From assembly GCA_963709405.1 (NCBI GenBank), contig CAVPXM010000042.1:1-64000 (forward strand): a stretch of DNA of 64,000 bases, in the 5' to 3' direction. The number at the start of each line of letters is the position of its first letter. Positions within the stretch are counted from its first letter, which is position 1. Shown here piece after piece: positions 1-11,834 of this stretch. Source of the stretch: an uncultured Nitrososphaerales archaeon. GTDB lineage: Archaea; Thermoproteota; Nitrososphaeria; Nitrososphaerales; Nitrososphaeraceae. The position numbers were made by a program, and so were the translations under genes. Below the pieces are notes generated by a model that saw nothing but the letters and a program-made list of their open reading frames with translations, searched no databases and was not told the DNA's origin.

Positions 1-158
1 TATTGTTTGTGCATAATATACCAACAATACAAAAGGTATTTAAGTGACTGTAATTAAGAAGTATTGATTACAACCCTGAAAAATAAACCAAAGTCGCTAA
101 AAAAGGCAAAAACAATAACGTTGGGAGCAGCACAATAAGTTACAATCAATCTACTCCT

Positions 159-1361
159 GTGATCGACCACTCTGAAAATACAGCATTGAACAAATATATT
201 AGAAATATACGCGCAATGAATAAGAAAACTGCATATGAATATTATCATAGACTAAATAACTTTCAAGACTTTGTTATTCGCGGTTATAATACCACACTAG
301 ATGACATTATGACAAAGATGAATGGAGGCTTGGAAGATCCTTATGAGGTTTTAAACGGTTACGTTAGTTATCTGCAGACTAGTTATAATATCTCTACATC
401 TACGATAAAGGAACGTGTTATAACTGCAAAAAACTTCCTTGAATACTATGATGTTGACATAAGTCCAAGAAAATTGAAACTCAAAGTAAAGATGCCCAAA
501 GTTATAAGAAAGAGTAAAGAGGCATTATCAAAAGAAGATATAATCAATATTTTGAATGCATGTTCTGAGATAAGGTTAAAGACTTATGTAATGTTGTTAG
601 CCGGAACTGGACTTAGAGCTGTAGAAGCATTATCAATACGAATCAAAGACCTGTATCTGGAAACTAAACCATCAAAGATATTTGTACGAGGAGAATATAC
701 AAAAACAAAGACAGATAGATACGTTTTCCTAACTGAAGAAGTTGTTAACCAATTAAAACAATGGCTAGAATACAAATACAGAACTAGAAGAGTATGTCAT
801 AAAGATATCAATTCTGAAGGAAAGACAATCTCATACTACAAAACACCAGAGAGGAATGATAACGATTTAGTCTTTGCTGTTTATCAAGATAGGGAACATG
901 CAAATCCAAAAATACTATACTTTGATCTTGCTAAATCATTTGGAAAGACTTTAGATAGAATGGGTAAAGGTCTAAGAGAAGAAAGCAACAACAATAGACG
1001 AAGACAAATAACCCTCCATTCATTTAGACGGTTTGTGAAAACTACAGTATCAGACCTCTGGTATGCAGACTATTCTGAATATTTCATAGGACATTCAGGT
1101 TCTACATACTGGCACAAAAAGGATTCAGAGAAAGCCGAAATATTTGGTAAAATAGAACCTTTTCTGACATTCCTAAATATCCATCAACTAGAAAGACAGG
1201 GTGCTGACATTCAAAGCAAGGTAGAAGAACTAGAACAACTAAATCAATCAATGAGATATCGAGATAAAATGAAAGATGATGCGATAGCACATTTATCAGA
1301 CCAACTTGTAGCTATAACCGGAAGATTGCAGGAACTTGAGAGAAGACAAATAACAGTGTAG
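159..1361 (+). CDS. Tyrosine recombinase/integrase with C-terminal coiled coil
   Basis: Catalytic motifs GLRAVEA (R), KTK (K), HSFRR (HxxR) and GHSGSTY (H, Y); 400 aa. Confidence 0.92.
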   Translation: MIDHSENTALNKYIRNIRAMNKKTAYEYYHRLNNFQDFVIRGYNTTLDDIMTKMNGGLEDPYEVLNGYVSYLQTSYNISTSTIKERVITAKNFLEYYDVDISPRKLKLKVKMPKVIRKSKEALSKEDIINILNACSEIRLKTYVMLLAGTGLRAVEALSIRIKDLYLETKPSKIFVRGEYTKTKTDRYVFLTEEVVNQLKQWLEYKYRTRRVCHKDINSEGKTISYYKTPERNDNDLVFAVYQDREHANPKILYFDLAKSFGKTLDRMGKGLREESNNNRRRQITLHSFRRFVKTTVSDLWYADYSEYFIGHSGSTYWHKKDSEKAEIFGKIEPFLTFLNIHQLERQGADIQSKVEELEQLNQSMRYRDKMKDDAIAHLSDQLVAITGRLQELERRQITV

Positions 1362-1631
1362 AGAATTTTACCTGTCTATTCCAATATCGTCTGAGGTTTT
1401 ACTATTCCGCACTAAGAATCGCGATGCTATATCTATTATGTCTACACTATCGCTGTTGATTGCTCGTTTTAGTGAATGTCTTAGTCCTGCGTTAGTTAAT
1501 ACCTCGGCTGCGATGTTTGGTTGACTGCAATGTTGTTTGCAGTAGGCCGCCATAGTTATTGTTCTGCTGTATCCTTGTGTTACCATAATTAAAATCAACA
1601 AAATATTAAATGCTGTGTGATTTTGCTACTC

Positions 1632-1871
1632 TTATTCCTGAACTAATCTCAAAATATCTCCACCGTCTTTAATGTAGAGTTTACCATCTATTCGGAAGAT
1701 TTCCTCTGGTTCAATATTAATCCAGTGTTTGTCTTCCTCACATTGTGGACAGTCTGTTCTTAGCCAGTTAAAGGCCGATTCTTCTAGTCTTGTCAGTTTA
1801 CGATATCCCTCTTTGCTTATGAGGTGATGATGTCCTATCTCATCTGCACTGTAGATTGGAGAGTCTACCAT
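1632..1871 (-). CDS. Small hypothetical protein with CxxC
   Basis: 79-aa ORF with HHH and CPQC; co-oriented with neighbouring small ORFs. Confidence 0.45.
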   Translation of the reverse strand: MVDSPIYSADEIGHHHLISKEGYRKLTRLEESAFNWLRTDCPQCEEDKHWINIEPEEIFRIDGKLYIKDGGDILRLVQE

Positions 1872-1903
1872 TATCTATTCAACACCTCTATTTATGGCAT
1901 TTT

Positions 1904-2164
1904 TTATTGAGGTGTAGTTTCAGATGCTCTATCGGTTTTTAATCTTTTCAATGTTTTGTAATGATGGAAGATAATCGACATGAATATTGGCTGTATTCGT
2001 ATTGGATTGGCAGCATACATACAAGCTGAATTATACAAACGTTCAATTGAAAACATTCTATCAAATAACTTCCTGTCAGATCTGCCAAGACAGTTGCGAA
2101 ATTCCTTCCATTCAATTTTTTCATCTGATGTTGCTAATCTAAATGATGGAATTGTTCTACCCAT
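1904..2164 (-). CDS. Conserved small archaeal helical protein (MGRTIPSFR family)
   Basis: N-terminus MGRTIPSFR...EWKEFR..L...DRKLFD is a recurrent archaeal family signature. Confidence 0.7.
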   Translation of the reverse strand: MGRTIPSFRLATSDEKIEWKEFRNCLGRSDRKLFDRMFSIERLYNSACMYAANPIRIQPIFMSIIFHHYKTLKRLKTDRASETTPQ

Positions 2165-2166
2165 TT

Positions 2167-2373
2167 TTAAGTCAGATATAATAAGAAACTACACTTTTCG
2201 CACGAGTAGCCTAGCCTATCAAATTCAGATGATAATATCATTACGTCATGGCAGCGAGGACATTCTGTTTCGTGGTCTATCTCTTTTAGTTCAGCATTTG
2301 GTTTGATCTCTCTTGCTTCCTGCACGTGTAATGGATCAGATTGAACTTGCAGTAATGGGTTCTTCTTCCTCAT
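2167..2373 (-). CDS. Zinc-ribbon protein
   Basis: CPRC...CEKC pair, 68 aa. Confidence 0.7.
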   Translation of the reverse strand: MRKKNPLLQVQSDPLHVQEAREIKPNAELKEIDHETECPRCHDVMILSSEFDRLGYSCEKCSFLLYLT

Positions 2374-2554
2374 AACCAGATTTCGATATCGTGATTATTA
2401 TAAAATGTAATACTTATCAGAGAGGGGGAGGCTGATTAAGTTCGTAAAGCCCGTGTATGTATATAACTATAGCTTAAATGTATAAAACGTCTAAATTTCT
2501 GAATTGGATTCAAGCTATGGCTTAATAGGTTGATTTTAGGTCCTAATTATTGAA

Positions 2555-3618
2555 TATGTTATCGGAGTTGTATGGTAATGACGAGATTATCAAAATGACA
2601 TTAATGACATTCTCTCGGGTTAGCGAAAGAATGGCAGGTTCACTTGATAGTGTCGGTCCAGCAATTCATATCAGATATACACCAATATGAACTGGTCTAG
2701 TTCAGCTTAAAGAAAAAGTTGTAAAGGTAAGAGTGGTAACTGAGATTACGTCAGCCAATATTATTTATTGTAAAAAGTTAATGATGTTTGTGAGCGTCGT
2801 CATCTAGATGGAGTTAGAACTAGTTTTGGAATAGCTGATGGGAGAGAGGCATTACTTCATGGAGTTTCACAGGAAACAAGCCCTCTATCCCAAGCTATTT
2901 TAACTACAGTCAAGGGAATTGTAGAAGCGCAAGAGTATCTATTTGAAAATTTATGGAAGAATGCGATTCCTGCTCAATACAAGATTAAGGAAATAGAAGA
3001 AGGGATAAAACTAACATTTACAGAAACATTAAGAGATCCACTTGAAATACAAAAACTTGTCTTTGATTTTGTTGCTTCAGCCAAAGAAGAAATATTGGTG
3101 TTGTTATTCCAACATACTACTATTGGTAACGTATTTTTGATAGAAGAAAATGTGCAGAAAATAATAGAATTATTAAAAGATGCAATAATACAAAATGAAG
3201 TGAGGATAAGAATTCTTACATCTAAAGATATACAGGAACAAATAGAAAGATTAACTGGAAATCAAAAATTATAATGACGCCAAAAGAAACAGGAAGACAG
3301 AAAGAAGAAACAGGGGAAGACGGAGGATCGACAAGGATAGGAAACCAAGGAAAATTTGAGATCCACTTAATTGATGCCATTCAGGATCAACAACAACGTC
3401 TACAAACTAAAGTTTCAATATTGATTATGGATTCAAAAGTATCTTTAGTCGAAGAACCAAATACCAACAATAAGAACAATAAATGGGGCAATAACTCAAA
3501 TGGTGATTTAGCCTTGGCTACTTATTCCAATAGTGAATCAACATTATTAGCTTATATCTCAATATTCGAAACACTCTGGACTCAAACTGAGTTAAAACAA
3601 CGAATCGTATCACAATAA
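2555..3618 (+). pseudogene. Degraded Nitrososphaera-type sensor/TrmB-like domain protein (related to histidine kinase N-termini)
   Basis: Fragments KVRVVTEIT, RHLDGVRTSFGIADG, QEYLFENLWKNAIPA and ATYSNSESTLLAYISIFETLW across several frames, with stops. Confidence 0.6.
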
Positions 3619-4079
3619 TGATACTGTCGATAATGCTGGCATATTTAAAAAGTAGAAAAGCTTCACAATCTTTATCCAAATCTATGTTTTGATATATGTC
3701 ATCATAATTTGCAATATCACATTGGCAGTTCTGGATGGGATAGTAATTACTCACTTTGCGTGCAGTATTAACAGGTTTACATCTATTTAGCAGACCATTT
3801 TTTTTTGAAACCATATTTATCATATGTTAATTCTAGCCAGGAATGTATTGTCAAATGCCTAGTATTCCGATCAGTAATCTTATATCCATCAATCGACCTA
3901 TCGCAAGTTATTGAACCATGGCTACTAAAGATGAATGTGATGAGAGATATGGGTGGTGGAGAAATGAGTTAGCCTCGCTGGGATTAGTAATAAAGAAAAG
4001 AAATGAGTTTAATAATCTCGAAGAGCTTTGTAGCCTAGCAGAAAATATAAAGCAGACATTTATTCACAATTACGTAGAT

Positions 4080-4379
4080 TCAGAGAAGACGCAGACCCAA
4101 GCTACTATCAACTCGCAAAGGAGTATCAAAACAAACAGTGACATTGATTATTGTTGATGAGCCGCCCAAACAGCAACCTTGAGCTATAGATATTCTAAGA
4201 CTATCTACAAAATTAAAACCTACATTTTTCCAAAGAAGAGGCATCATATCAACTTCACGCTGATTCATGTCCTTTCCTTCGTCATATCCTCCTCTCTCAA
4301 TCAGAACAACTTTTCTTTCCTGCTTCCACAAGCTCTTTAGCCAAGCCTGCACCGGCTCGCTCCAGATCCTATAACGCAA
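4080..4379 (-). pseudogene. GMC oxidoreductase N-terminal fragment
   Basis: KVVLIERG and GCCLGGSSTIIN motifs; rest of the gene absent. Confidence 0.6.
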
Positions 4380-4944
4380 ATATCTGGATTTTCCACAATA
4401 TCATTTTTGACATTGATTAATTCATTTCAGCTAACAAAATCTAAGTAACTTATTTGGCCAGAAATTGATTGATCTCTCTTAGATGTAACCTCTCCACCAG
4501 CAAATTCGGTAATGATAGCAGAAAAAATCCCTGGAGCATGGCTTGTGCAAATAGGAGTAGGAGGACATGGTCTGATGTTCCAATATCCACAACAATCTAC
4601 AGCAGTGCTAGAAACCTTTCTTTCATAAACATGAAAACCAAAGAAGAATGAGAATGATCTATTCTATGAATCAGAGTCGTGTGCTTGTGCCAGTGCAGAG
4701 AAGCTAACCACTGATAGAATCTCCACTACGACTACTGTTGCTACTCCGCCTTGCACAGATCGGATATCATCATGTCCTGATTTACGTCTCCAATTCATTG
4801 TAGTTTGGTCTTTCTTCTTCATACGTTATTGTCCAACTCATTTACCAGTGGTTTAACAATATAACTACTATGCAAATACGAATATCTAATGAGATAGTAA
4901 TCAAAGTATACTTTATCATCTAGCATTACATACATGAGAATATT

Positions 4945-5079
4945 GTGAAAATTAAATGTGTGGATTGTGGTTGTTATCCAGAAGAATGTATAGCAAGTCT
5001 TTCTTCATTTGATTGCCCTAACTGTTTCTTAGGCGATTGTTGTTGTTGGTCTACGATTCATGATGAGGAGTCTATATAA
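4945..5079 (+). CDS. Cys-rich micropeptide (metallothionein-like), 44 aa
   Basis: Manual translation from GTG: MKIKCVDCGCYPEECIASLSSFDCPNCFLGDCCCWSTIHDEESI*, 9 Cys; below the ORF-track cutoff. Confidence 0.6.
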   Translation: MKIKCVDCGCYPEECIASLSSFDCPNCFLGDCCCWSTIHDEESI

Positions 5080-5199
5080 TAACTGGTAATTTGTTGATTG
5101 AATTGCAGGAATAGCATTACGATTGCTACGGATTTGTCCTCTAATGCGTGCTCTTATTATTTGGTGTTTTTAATTATGTCATCTTTTTGTAGTGGTTAG

Positions 5200-5492
5200 A
5201 AGTTATTGGCACATTCATCGTAGTAGTTCTTGCAACAGGTTCAGTGGTAATTGACGCCAAATTAAATGGAATATTAGGTATACCTTTCATTGCATTTGCT
5301 CCATTTATAGGAGTTGCTCTAGGAGTCTACTTATTTGGAAAAATATCTATGCCTCATTTCAATCCTGCAGTTACACTGGGATTTCTAATTACTAGACATA
5401 TAACAAAAATCCAGTTATTTTATTACTTTTCTGCAGAGATAATTATCTCTGGATCTATTATGATTTACTTAAATCTTTTCAAAAGACACTAG
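5200..5492 (+). pseudogene. Aquaporin (MIP family) N-terminal half
   Basis: EVIGTFIVVVLATGS upstream of the called ORF, then HFNPAVT; second NPA half missing. Confidence 0.8.
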
Positions 5493-5596
5493 ATCGGATT
5501 GGTAAAGACACGCAAGCGAGAATTATATATCGCTTTTAATCCTCATTACGAGCAACAACCTCCTTTTCAACTTAGTCTTGGTTAGAACTACTTTTG

Positions 5597-5628
5597 TTCA
5601 TTCATTCATTCATTCATTCATTCATTCA
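5597..5628. repeat. (TTCA)8 microsatellite
   Basis: Direct reading; shorter tracts at 8085-8100 (TTCA)4 and 11828-11850 (TGAT)5. Confidence 0.9.
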
Positions 5629-7180
5629 TGTCATTACCAATATAGCACGAGGAATAAACGATACACGTAAGCTAAATGCCGATAAATTTCAGTTCGTTTA
5701 TGCGATTCTGCAAGTATTAGCCTTAAGAAGCATAGACAGGAAGGAACAAGTTACATACGAGTCTAGAAACATGCTTTCACAAGAAGACAGAAATGCATTA
5801 GATTGGTTGAGTAAATACCTAGAACATAAACCAGGTGGAGCTGATTTTGAACGATGAATACTCGGTCAAACTCGCATTAATAGAAGAATATAAAAAAGTT
5901 CTGAAATATAAAAAATCTATGAGGATTTGGTAGAATCTTTCCAATATATGATAGCGGATTTGTTTCAGTATGCAGATAAACAAAAAATTGACCTTCCGAA
6001 TAGAGATAGAATATATAGAAATATCGAAAGGGCTAGAGATCTAATACAGTATCGAATAAACAGTATGGAATCCGACGAAAATTTACATTCATAGAAATCC
6101 GACGGAGACTTGACAGAACCCAAAATGGTTTATCATAATAGATTCATAATTTTTTGTAGAATCCTAATTCCTTCTACAAATCCTATTAGAGGCAGAAACA
6201 ATACATAGAGCGGCCAAAGGAGACCTAATTTGTAAGTTTGTAGTCAAAGAAAGAAAAGAAGGTTATTTGTAATAAGAAAAAGTAAAAATGGAGCCTCAGT
6301 TTCCACATAATCCAAATGGCCTAGTAACAGTCCCTAAAGGTGAGGCTGAATCAGCTAGAAACATAAGCGCACTTGATCCAATCAACAATACAACTATAGG
6401 ACAAGAAAACAGTAACCAAAGCCATAAACAAAATGATCAAGCTCGAAGTTTCATTACAAGAGTTGAAGTGGATCTATCTCGGTCTAGGTTGGTATGATAC
6501 GGAGGGAAGGAGATTTGATGATCCGGATAGAGAGGAATTTGAAAGATTTACTGATAAAATAAAAAACTTGCTTTTAGAGGAGAAGAAGAAGAAATGAAGT
6601 GTGCTCAGAAAGATTGCAAAAACAAAGCAGAGCTAACAATTATCTCTAGTGATATCACAAGCGATTCCAATAACACGCTGATCATTAAACTCCTTCTTAT
6701 ATATTTAATTGGCCTATAAACTAATATAAATCCAGTCAGACGGAAGATATACTCAAATTATTATTGGAGCTCTTCTGCTATACTAGTCAAATTGTTAGAG
6801 TATGGTCGCAGACAAAATTGATGGATAAAGCATTTAAAATATGTCCATTGAGGCCTCTTCTAGAGGCATTGTCTGGTCGTTGGCAGATGAACTCATCCAA
6901 ATTAGTTCAACCCTCAACTGATGCTACCTTGATATCTGAAAGGGATTGAATTAGTATATACAAGATCTACTAATTAACAAGCAGAAAAGTTTCACAACCT
7001 TTATTCAAATCTGTGCTATTTTTATATAGACATCATATTTGCAATACCACATTGGCTGCTCTATGGAGTTATTAAGCCATGACAATGTCCGTGATGGTGA
7101 GAGACAGATGGATGCTTGTGCCGGTGCTGAATCTGATAGTATTCCGACAGCTGCTACTATTGTTACTATGATAACAATCT

Positions 7181-7318
7181 AGTTTGTAGCTTAATTCCGA
7201 AATAACGTTATTCAAGGATTATTTCGAACATCATAATGAACAATATGTTCGTATTATTCGTTGACACTCTATACTAATTCGTGATTCGAAAACTGTATTC
7301 GAAATTACGCTACAAACT
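7181..7318. mobile_element. MITE-like element, 138 bp
   Basis: Ends AGTTTGTAGCTTAATTCCGAA and TTCGAAATTACGCTACAAACT are inverted repeats with 2 mismatches; no ORF and no clear TSD. Confidence 0.6.
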
Positions 7319-7380
7319 CGTGTAAAAAATAAAATAAAAAAATTGAATAGCGATCTTGTCTTCGTTTTGTTTTGTTTTTG

Positions 7381-8052
7381 TTATCGTTTTAGTAATTCCT
7401 TACCATTCTGATCTATTATAGATTCTACTGTGCCAAATACTGGCAAGCCCTTGAAGTGATCATCAGTTTTTGTTCCCTCGATGTTGAAGTTGGCTACATT
7501 CCCGTTCAGCAAATGAACAACTATTGGGACATCTTTCCACTTTACTTTTCCATTAGTGGTTATATCAGCGATTCCTTTAAAGTCGGTATGATTACCGTTT
7601 GTTAGTGCTATTTGTTCACTGTGACCAGGCAATACCGCACCAGTTGCATTCCTCAAGATTTCGATTGTATGATGGTGGGCTCCTTTACCATCAATCTTTG
7701 ACATCGCAATATCAACAGCTAGGTTGGTTAAATTTCCTTTACTTACACCCAACTCCCAATCTCCCCCTAGAACCCATATTTCTGATGTGTTGCTAGAAGG
7801 TCGTCCTGCTAATGTATCAGAGGCCAAACTAGATATCTGACCTTTTGCTCTAAAGGTATCAACATTTGTGGTATTGGTAGTGGTAGTAGTATTACCTCCT
7901 TGAGTCTGTGCTAATGCTAGACTGTTACCGTTGAATATTGATGTCACTGCAGTTACGCTCATTAAGGATATGGCTATGATGGCAGTAGATAAAATCGCTA
8001 TTTTAGTCCTACTCATGTCTGGAGATATGATAGAAGATCCAGTTGTCATCAA
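7381..8052 (-). CDS. Secreted hypothetical protein
   Basis: Hydrophobic N-terminus, ALA cleavage-like site, Thr-rich linker; 223 aa. Confidence 0.75.
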   Translation of the reverse strand: MMTTGSSIISPDMSRTKIAILSTAIIAISLMSVTAVTSIFNGNSLALAQTQGGNTTTTTNTTNVDTFRAKGQISSLASDTLAGRPSSNTSEIWVLGGDWELGVSKGNLTNLAVDIAMSKIDGKGAHHHTIEILRNATGAVLPGHSEQIALTNGNHTDFKGIADITTNGKVKWKDVPIVVHLLNGNVANFNIEGTKTDDHFKGLPVFGTVESIIDQNGKELLKR

Positions 8053-8685
8053 ATGATCAATACTACTAATAAACTATAAGAATATTCATTCATTCATTCA
8101 ATAAGATAGGACATATCTCTACTAATTATGAACAAATTGACCTGAAGAATTCCTGCCATTTCAGTTTGAGAATTACTCTTACTAATCATCTCTGACACTT
8201 TGGTTCTTCTCAACTCTACTTGAGTTTTGGGCTCATTTATTGCACTTATTCACGCTCATTTGGTATCGACTTCAGAACACTTGTTTAGTTATACTAAATA
8301 GGACCTGGACAAAATCAATCTACTCGAAAATCTATGTAAAATAGTATAAGCGTCTACACTGATGTTATAGACGCGAAGCAGAAAACTTCCTACGTTCATA
8401 GTAGACGAGAAGATGAATATCATAAATTAAACAAGAAAGGAGAACTACAATCCATATTCATGAACTAGATGTGCTTGCATCACTAGATAAACTTCAGACT
8501 AAAAAATACCGACAAATACGATAAGAATACAAGATAGATAGTTACAAGGCTACTTTTGGAGATCTCATCCTCATTTTCCAAGAAAGTTACGTGAAACAAA
8601 CTAAAAACAAACTAAAAACAAATTAGGATTCCACTCCAAAACATATGGTCTTACGGCATCAGTATGCTGTGGTGTTATCAAGATG

Positions 8686-9201
8686 TTATGGCAGAACTTC
8701 TAAGTGGCCTATCATGCTGGGTAGATCATATCTACAATAGTATGTAAAACCACCTACTGTATCAGCCTTGAAACTAAATGTTGCATTCTGCCCACCTGCT
8801 AGATCATGATCCATCTTGTAAGGTGATTGCATACTGAATGTGTGTCTGTCGGTAGCTTCATCTGCAGTATTGTAGAAATGAATTGTAACGTTATCTCCCT
8901 TATGCACTATAATATTTGTCAGTGTGAATACTGCAACTGGCACGCCAAGTTTAGATTCGTCAGCGTTCAGTTCTTGGGTAAAAATGTAATATTCATTTGG
9001 CTTTAGCCCTGGTGCACTAACCTCCTTAACTGATGGCTGGGCTGCAGCAATCTTCATCACCCCAACCGGCATCAACAGTGTCAGACCTAAACTTAGTGTC
9101 AGTGCGGCCACAAGTATAAGTGCAACTGGCATCGTTAGAATCCTCTCCATCCCCATAACACATGCGAAACAAATGTATCTATTAAGCATATCTATGCTCA
9201 T
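8686..9201 (-). CDS. Secreted cupredoxin-domain protein
   Basis: Signal peptide; VHKGDNVTIHFYN, HTF and GGFTYYCRYDLPSMIGHLEV. Confidence 0.85.
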   Translation of the reverse strand: MSIDMLNRYICFACVMGMERILTMPVALILVAALTLSLGLTLLMPVGVMKIAAAQPSVKEVSAPGLKPNEYYIFTQELNADESKLGVPVAVFTLTNIIVHKGDNVTIHFYNTADEATDRHTFSMQSPYKMDHDLAGGQNATFSFKADTVGGFTYYCRYDLPSMIGHLEVLP

Positions 9202-9897
9202 TGAACTCTAGATATTGCAAAGCGTATTCCGTTTAGGAGTATGATCCACGGCTGAATGGAAATTGAATCTTCCTCATCCATATAGGCAACTCTGATTTCG
9301 TTGCATTTTTGCACCACCAAGACTTCGGGGATAACGGTAGTGTTTCATTTCTTATCGAGATTATTCCCATATTGAGAAGGACGTGCCTGTTTTTCTATAC
9401 TGTCCCTCTTTTAGGCTCAGGGCATACCGCAACCACATCCTCATTCCTATCTTATTATGATATGGCAGGGTTTATGCGTTATGATAATATCAAATCTGAT
9501 TTTTTTCAGTTACAGGCTATATTATATGAGTTTTTACAATAGATAAATAAGTTGCAGATAAATAGCTAGCCATTATTCCTGTTTATACTGTTCTTCCAAA
9601 TTTGATGTATATAGAAATTATTTCATTTAACAACATAACCTGAATGGTGAGTGATAAAATATCGAGTCGATACTTTTATATCAGATGAAAAAGATTACGA
9701 GAAAAACAATGAACAAATCAAAAACAATGTCAATTGTTGCAATAACCCAGACAATAATAATAACAAAGCCAACAATTAGTAAAAGTCGAGACATATGATA
9801 GAGTATTGTCTATACTCCTAACTCTTTTTTATTTTCTTCAAACTCGTTCTATGGCTGAGTTGTTAAATGGTCTTGTTTAGCAGAAATAGACTTCCGT

Positions 9898-10140
9898 TCA
9901 TGCTGCATAGATAATAATATTTTTAGCTTTTTCTATTTCCTTTCCTGCCTTTAAGTTTGCTTTGTATTTCAAGTTCCGTGGCCTTGTTCTTAATCTACAA
10001 CCACAACAAGGACAGAATATTCCTTCCCATTTTATAAAAAGCTCGCATACTTGACATCGTTTTTGTCCGGTAGCATATCTGCTTATAGCAGGCGGAGGTT
10101 TTTGTGCTCTATGTTTTATACATATGCCTTTACAGGTCAT
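9898..10140 (-). CDS. Conserved thaumarchaeal Zn-finger protein
   Basis: MTCKGIC...RY..GQKRCQVC...CPCCG.RLRT. Confidence 0.8.
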   Translation of the reverse strand: MTCKGICIKHRAQKPPPAISRYATGQKRCQVCELFIKWEGIFCPCCGCRLRTRPRNLKYKANLKAGKEIEKAKNIIIYAA

Positions 10141-10741
10141 TTTGTTATTATTCCTTCCTCAGGTAGTATATGGTGTTGATATTATACTTTTAAAGGCAAT
10201 CATAATTTCTGCTTTAATTTTTAATTTTCGGAATTTTATTGGAATTATGACGTTTATTTGTAACTTCTATGTTACGATTTTCTTCAATTCTCTCCACTAA
10301 AGCCTTTAGGGCCTTCAGACCCTTCAGTATTATCTTTTATCGGAAGTTTTAGTTGAACGTTAGATTCCAGATCATCGCGTGTTCGATGATGTCCTAATCC
10401 ATTCATATAGGAAGTAGGCACAGTAATGGAATAGAATGCAAAGAATGAGTTTATAAGGAAGAATTATTTTATCAAGGCCAAGTCAGATTCCAAAAAAGAA
10501 CAATGTGTTCCCAGTTACGTATTTACTGGCTCCGAGTTCTCCTCCTCTGCAAACAACATTAGAATTACAGTAAACGATGTATCAATCAAAGATTTGAGTG
10601 TAAGTTTGATAGAGCCACCACAATAATTCATCAATGACACAGCCTTCATTGATGTGGAAAGAGAAATGTATTGGATAGGCCACTCATATTTTTATAATAT
10701 CTACAGATTATATCCAATGCGAAGCCCTAGACACAATTAGA

Positions 10742-11200
10742 ATGGCAACTGGAGTGATATATACCCCATTGCATTTATCAAAAGTTCTTGTTGTCTTTTT
10801 GATAATTATTTCAATGCTTCCTACTGGAACTTTTATTTATGGACATCTATATGGTAATGGGATACAGCAATGGATAAACAAAGAGGAGGGCATTAAGATT
10901 CAATTCAAATATGCACTTTATAAGCCTGAAATTAACAATTATCATCAACTCAATTTCAGTATACAAGATTTAGAAACTGGAAAACATCTAAGAAATCTTA
11001 CTGCATATGTTACTATTACAAATGATCCCTTATTCGCCTTTGATAATATAACAATTCCTAACGGTGACTTCATGGTTGTCTGTCCCTTCTTAGATCAAGG
11101 TCAACGCCAAGTAATTGTTAGTTTACGGTCTAGAAATTACGCATTAGCATTAGCATCATTTAATATGACAATTCCACAATCAAACTCAGCAAGTAGTTAG
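10742..11200 (+). CDS. Secreted or membrane-anchored hypothetical protein
   Basis: N-terminal hydrophobic helix, beta-rich remainder. Confidence 0.6.
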   Translation: MATGVIYTPLHLSKVLVVFLIIISMLPTGTFIYGHLYGNGIQQWINKEEGIKIQFKYALYKPEINNYHQLNFSIQDLETGKHLRNLTAYVTITNDPLFAFDNITIPNGDFMVVCPFLDQGQRQVIVSLRSRNYALALASFNMTIPQSNSASS

Positions 11201-11306
11201 CGGAATAATACATATAATAATTCGAATCATTTTTATAGATTTCGTTAGGAACTTTGTATCATTCCAAATTTATACAAGCAAGATGGTTGACTAACTTACC
11301 AGATAT

Positions 11307-11834
11307 ATGTCAACTAAAAGGCGGCTGGGATTGTCGCTTAAAACGATGAAAATAAAAACCACTACTGAAATATTATTTCTAACTATGGTTGTTGCTGCGA
11401 TACTACTTCTTGGGAGAACGCTAATTCCATTTACTAATGTCTTGGCAGAAATTATGGATGGAACTCGTGGCAATGATGTATTAAGTGGAAGCAAGGTGAG
11501 TATCACTGCTGTTAATGGTAACGAGACTCAGCTAGCTGATTTTATTTATGGGGATTATGGAAATGATACGATCTATGGTCAAGATGGAAGTGATCATCTC
11601 AGCGGTGGACCTGGTAATGACGTAATATATGGAGGTAATGGCGGTGATTTCATACAAGGTGGAGAAGGTGACGATAAAATCTATGGAGGAGACGGCAATG
11701 ATGATTTGGTTGGAGGTCCAGGCGCGGATCTGTTTGATTGTGGACCTGGAATGGACATAGTTAAAGACTTTAATGCAACTGAGGGGGATGTTCATTTAGC
11801 GAATTGTGAAATGATTACAGATGATAATGATTGA
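11307..11834 (+). CDS. Calcium-binding protein with hemolysin-type (RTX) GGxGxD repeats
   Basis: Tandem nonamers GGPGNDVIY, GGNGGDFIQ, GGEGDDKIY, GGDGNDDLV; signal peptide. Confidence 0.9.
   Translation: MSTKRRLGLSLKTMKIKTTTEILFLTMVVAAILLLGRTLIPFTNVLAEIMDGTRGNDVLSGSKVSITAVNGNETQLADFIYGDYGNDTIYGQDGSDHLSGGPGNDVIYGGNGGDFIQGGEGDDKIYGGDGNDDLVGGPGADLFDCGPGMDIVKDFNATEGDVHLANCEMITDDND

Noticed and set aside
1-2500. tRNA or att site by the integrase
   Set aside because: No cloverleaf or direct repeat recognisable; it may lie outside the window
5594-5857. ORF starting MFIHSFIHSFIH
   Set aside because: The N-terminus is just the TTCA microsatellite translated
6100-6122. ACTTGACAGAACC as an IS6 end
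   Set aside because: No partner end or transposase remnant nearby
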